NCBI RefSeq assembly: GCF_006345805.1
Contig: NC_043017.1
Coordinates: 18,848,001 to 18,912,000 of the forward strand
Direction: 5' to 3'
DNA: 64,000 nucleotides
Source of the DNA: Octopus sinensis
Taxonomy: Eukaryota
Shown one piece after another: positions 61,028-64,000 of this stretch. Numbering within the stretch: the stretch's first letter is position 1; each line of letters opens with the position of its first letter. The notes under the pieces are model-generated. The model saw only the letters and a list, made by a program, of their open reading frames with translations. It did no database searches and was not told the origin of the DNA. The translations under genes were made by a program, and so were the position numbers.

Positions 61028-62325
61028 GTATTTTTAAAATCTATTTTTCATATTCAAACGTCGTTTCTACTTTCAACAACGCAGTGTATTTTTTAAATTT
61101 ATTTTGATTAGTCATAAAAGTCGTTACACACCAGAAACTTTCATCACGTTCTAAACGGTCAGAACTGACCTAGGGATATAAACAATAACGATTGACCTGT
61201 TTGGATAGAATCAAGTGTTATCGACTTTCTCTGTGTAGTTTAACATATATACTGTCAGTTATTGTGATGGTGAGGCTGTGGTGTGTACTGTCTTAGCTGG
61301 ACGTTTCTATTAATATTGTGGTTTTGGTTTTATGTAAGTCAATGCCAGTTGCGGGCCTTGTTCAGCTTCTAAGTTACTCTTTCGTAAGTGACTATCTATA
61401 TAGTATAAAATTAATGATAGACGAGCGATGTACTGTGCTTGAAGCATCGTGGTACAGAAGTAAAGAAACATATAATGAAGGAAAGCTTCTAACAATGCAG
61501 AAAAAAAAATCTGAGTAACCTTTATATGATTCATGCAAAAAAAACCCCATTATCATAGGCACAGGCGTAGCTGTGTGGTAAAAAGCTATCTTCATAACCA
61601 CATGATCACGAGTTCAGTCCCACTGCTTGGCACCTGGAACAAGTGTCTTCTATTATAGCTTAGGGCCGGCCAAAGGGGGTTCTGAGTTGACACGGTCGGC
61701 GGAAACTGAACTGGCAGCGTTTCTACAGCTGTATGCCCTTCCTAATGCCAACTACTCCGAGAGTGTAGTGGGTGCTTTTACGTGCCACCGGCACGAGGGC
61801 CAGTCGGGCAGTATTGGCAACGGCCACGCTCAAATGGCGTTTTTTACGTGCCACCTGCAATATATGAATATGTAAACAAGAGAGACGGAGACAGGCAGAA
61901 ACAAGGAAAATGCCACTTGTATTTGAACACTATACAAATATTCTTTTAAAATAGTTTTTCTTTTAATTTTTCTAAATTTAATTATTTAATTGTTACAGTT
62001 GAAAAAGTCTCAATGACTGAAACCGGTACTGAAATGTTTTTTATAAAATTATTTTAGCATTTCCCACCTAGACTTTTTTTTTTCCATATATATATATATA
62101 AATAAATTACTTAATCTGTGTGTTACACAATAGCCATGTAAAGCTGTAATTTGTTTGTATGTAGACTTTACACAACATTGTATAATGTACTTTTAAAAAT
62201 CAATTAAACTTCACTGTTCAATGATTGAGGTAAATGTTTATATGTACAGTTTATTCAAGATAGAAAAATAATTTTCTGCTGTTGAATATTGAGCTTCGCT
62301 TCTATCTTATGTTTCTCTATTTCAG
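61028..62325 (+). other. Predicted 5'-UTR intron, gene 8
   Basis: TAG|GTATTT donor; CTCTATTTCAG| acceptor; contains a composite repeat insertion at about 61558-62100. Confidence 0.6.
61558..61860. mobile_element. Composite insertion: SINE B head (+) joined to an RTE-type tail (-), in the gene 8 intron
   Basis: GGCACAGGCGTAGCTGTGTGGTAAAAAG...CAAGTGTCTTC, then TTTCTACAGCTGTATGCCCTTCCTAATGCCAAC matching 20390-20500. Confidence 0.75.
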
Positions 62326-62564
62326 ATATAACAGTATCTGCGTAAAAGAATTTCTTTTTAATTTAGATTCATCATAATTTATCATCTAAAGACTGGGATT
62401 ATTGAATTCTAATTTTTTTCTACTTCACTTTCTGTAATATTTTCAGGAATAATTTGAATTCTTTATTACACTTGGACACCTTTTCCAATGAGTTTCTACG
62501 ATCTTCAGAAATCAACAGAGATTGAAGGAAATCTCTTTCAGGAATTAGTGAGAAACTAAAAATT

Positions 62565-63680
62565 ATGGAAAATACATTATGTGAAAATCCATTTACACTT
62601 CAGGCAGAGTCTGAAAATATGAATTTTGCAAATGAAATGCCAAAAGAGACAGGAAAAAAGTCAAATGAGTGTGATATCTGTGGTAAATCATTTGCACGCA
62701 GAAACTATTTAACTGCTCACAAACGTATTCATACAGGGGAGAAGCCACATCAGTGTAATATATGTGGTAGAGCTTTTATTTCAACTGGTCACTTAACTAC
62801 TCATATACGTACACATACAGGAGAGAGGCCTTATCACTGTGATATCTGTGGTAAATCATATGCTCGTAGTAATCAGTTAACTGTACATAAATACATTCAT
62901 ACAGGAGGTCAGCCATGCCATTGTGATATCTGTGGTAAATCTATGCCTTCAAAGAGTAAATTAACAGTACACAAACGCTTTCATACTGGAGAGAAACCAT
63001 TTCACTGTGATATTTGTGGTAAATCTTTCTCTATTAGTAGTCACTTAACTACACACAAATATATGCATACAGGAGAGAAGCCATATCACTGTGATATCTG
63101 TGGTAAATCATTCTCTGTAGGAAGTAACCTAAATACTCACAAACGACTTCATACAGGAGAAAAGCCATACCACTGTGATATCTGTGGGAAAACATTATCC
63201 GATCAAGGTAACTTAAATAGTCACAAACGTACTCATACAGGTGAGAAAAGATACCTTTGTGATATTTGTGGTAAATCGTTCTCTGATAGTAGGTCTTTAA
63301 CTGCACACAAACGCAGTCACACTGGAGAAAAGCCATATCACTGTGAAATCTGTGGTAAATCATTTGCAACCACACGTACAGTAACTGTTCATGAACATAT
63401 TCATACAAGAGACAAGTCATATTCGTGCAATATCTGTGGTAAGTCATTTCCTCGTAGTGAATCATTATTTATTCACAAGCGTATACATACAGGTGAGAAG
63501 CCATATCGCTGTGATATCTGTGGTAAATCATTCACAATATCAACCACAATATCAACTACTTTGACTACACACAAATGTAGACATACAGGGGAGAAACCAT
63601 ATCACTGTGATATCTGTGGTAAAGCATTTTCTCAAAAACGTCACTTCACTGCCCATACATCTACTCATACAGGAAAATAA
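62565..63680 (+). CDS. C2H2 zinc-finger gene 8 (12 repeats)
   Basis: 371-aa ORF, a close paralog of genes 6 and 7. It lacks the TTTSYL finger and has an ISTT duplication in repeat 11. Confidence 0.95.
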   Translation: MENTLCENPFTLQAESENMNFANEMPKETGKKSNECDICGKSFARRNYLTAHKRIHTGEKPHQCNICGRAFISTGHLTTHIRTHTGERPYHCDICGKSYARSNQLTVHKYIHTGGQPCHCDICGKSMPSKSKLTVHKRFHTGEKPFHCDICGKSFSISSHLTTHKYMHTGEKPYHCDICGKSFSVGSNLNTHKRLHTGEKPYHCDICGKTLSDQGNLNSHKRTHTGEKRYLCDICGKSFSDSRSLTAHKRSHTGEKPYHCEICGKSFATTRTVTVHEHIHTRDKSYSCNICGKSFPRSESLFIHKRIHTGEKPYRCDICGKSFTISTTISTTLTTHKCRHTGEKPYHCDICGKAFSQKRHFTAHTSTHTGK

Positions 63681-63815
63681 CTGTGTCAATATATGTTGTG
63701 CTGTAAAAAAATACCTAACCATAAATGTATTCACAGAGGGAGTTAGACAGAGCTATCTTTCTAGAGTAAATAGTTCACGTAACTACATTTAATATCTACT
63801 TGCCTGTATGATTAT

Positions 63816-63821
63816 AATAAA
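63816..63821 (+). terminator. Candidate polyadenylation signal, gene 8
   Basis: Same conserved context as gene 6. Confidence 0.4.
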
Positions 63822-64000
63822 AGTATTGTTTCAGAAAATAGTCATATGTATATTGTAGCTAACATATATGTGCCGAGAGATGACGAGATACAATAAATTT
63901 ACTGGATATTGTGTAAATAACTGAGAAATGAGTTCTTATAAATCACAAATGACATCACTGTACTGTTTAATTAGAAATAAAATTATGAACTATAAAAGAA

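Overview
AT-rich, repeat-dense eukaryotic DNA, most likely from an octopus or other coleoid cephalopod (inferred from the SINE/RTE repertoire and the tandem C2H2 cluster; no search was run). The window holds eight tandem C2H2 zinc-finger genes with about 169 finger repeats. Five are on the minus strand (26, 24, 30, 38 and 13 repeats) and three on the plus strand (13, 13 and 12), with genes 5 and 6 head-to-head. All eight share a predicted layout: a composite TGCGCATG(C/T)TCA(A/G)CCGGA-type promoter motif, a non-coding first exon of about 0.2-0.25 kb, one GT-AG intron with homologous splice sites, and a single coding exon. No KRAB, SCAN, BTB or ZAD domain is recognisable. Instead, genes 1-4 carry an 11-aa E(L/F)xETPIx(I/V)KxE-type motif (1-3 copies) containing the SUMO consensus psi-K-x-E. 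The finger arrays are mosaics of shared multi-finger blocks. They also show an internal 504-bp duplication, relic fingers after the stop codons, and start-codon lesions in genes 5 and 7. The spacers contain decayed RTE, CR1/Jockey-like, Penelope-like and CRE-like retroelements, two tRNA-derived SINE families, mariner- and Merlin-derived DNA transposon remnants, MITE-like palindromes and microsatellites. Gene numbers 1-8 run left to right. All alignments were done by eye, and repeat boundaries are approximate.
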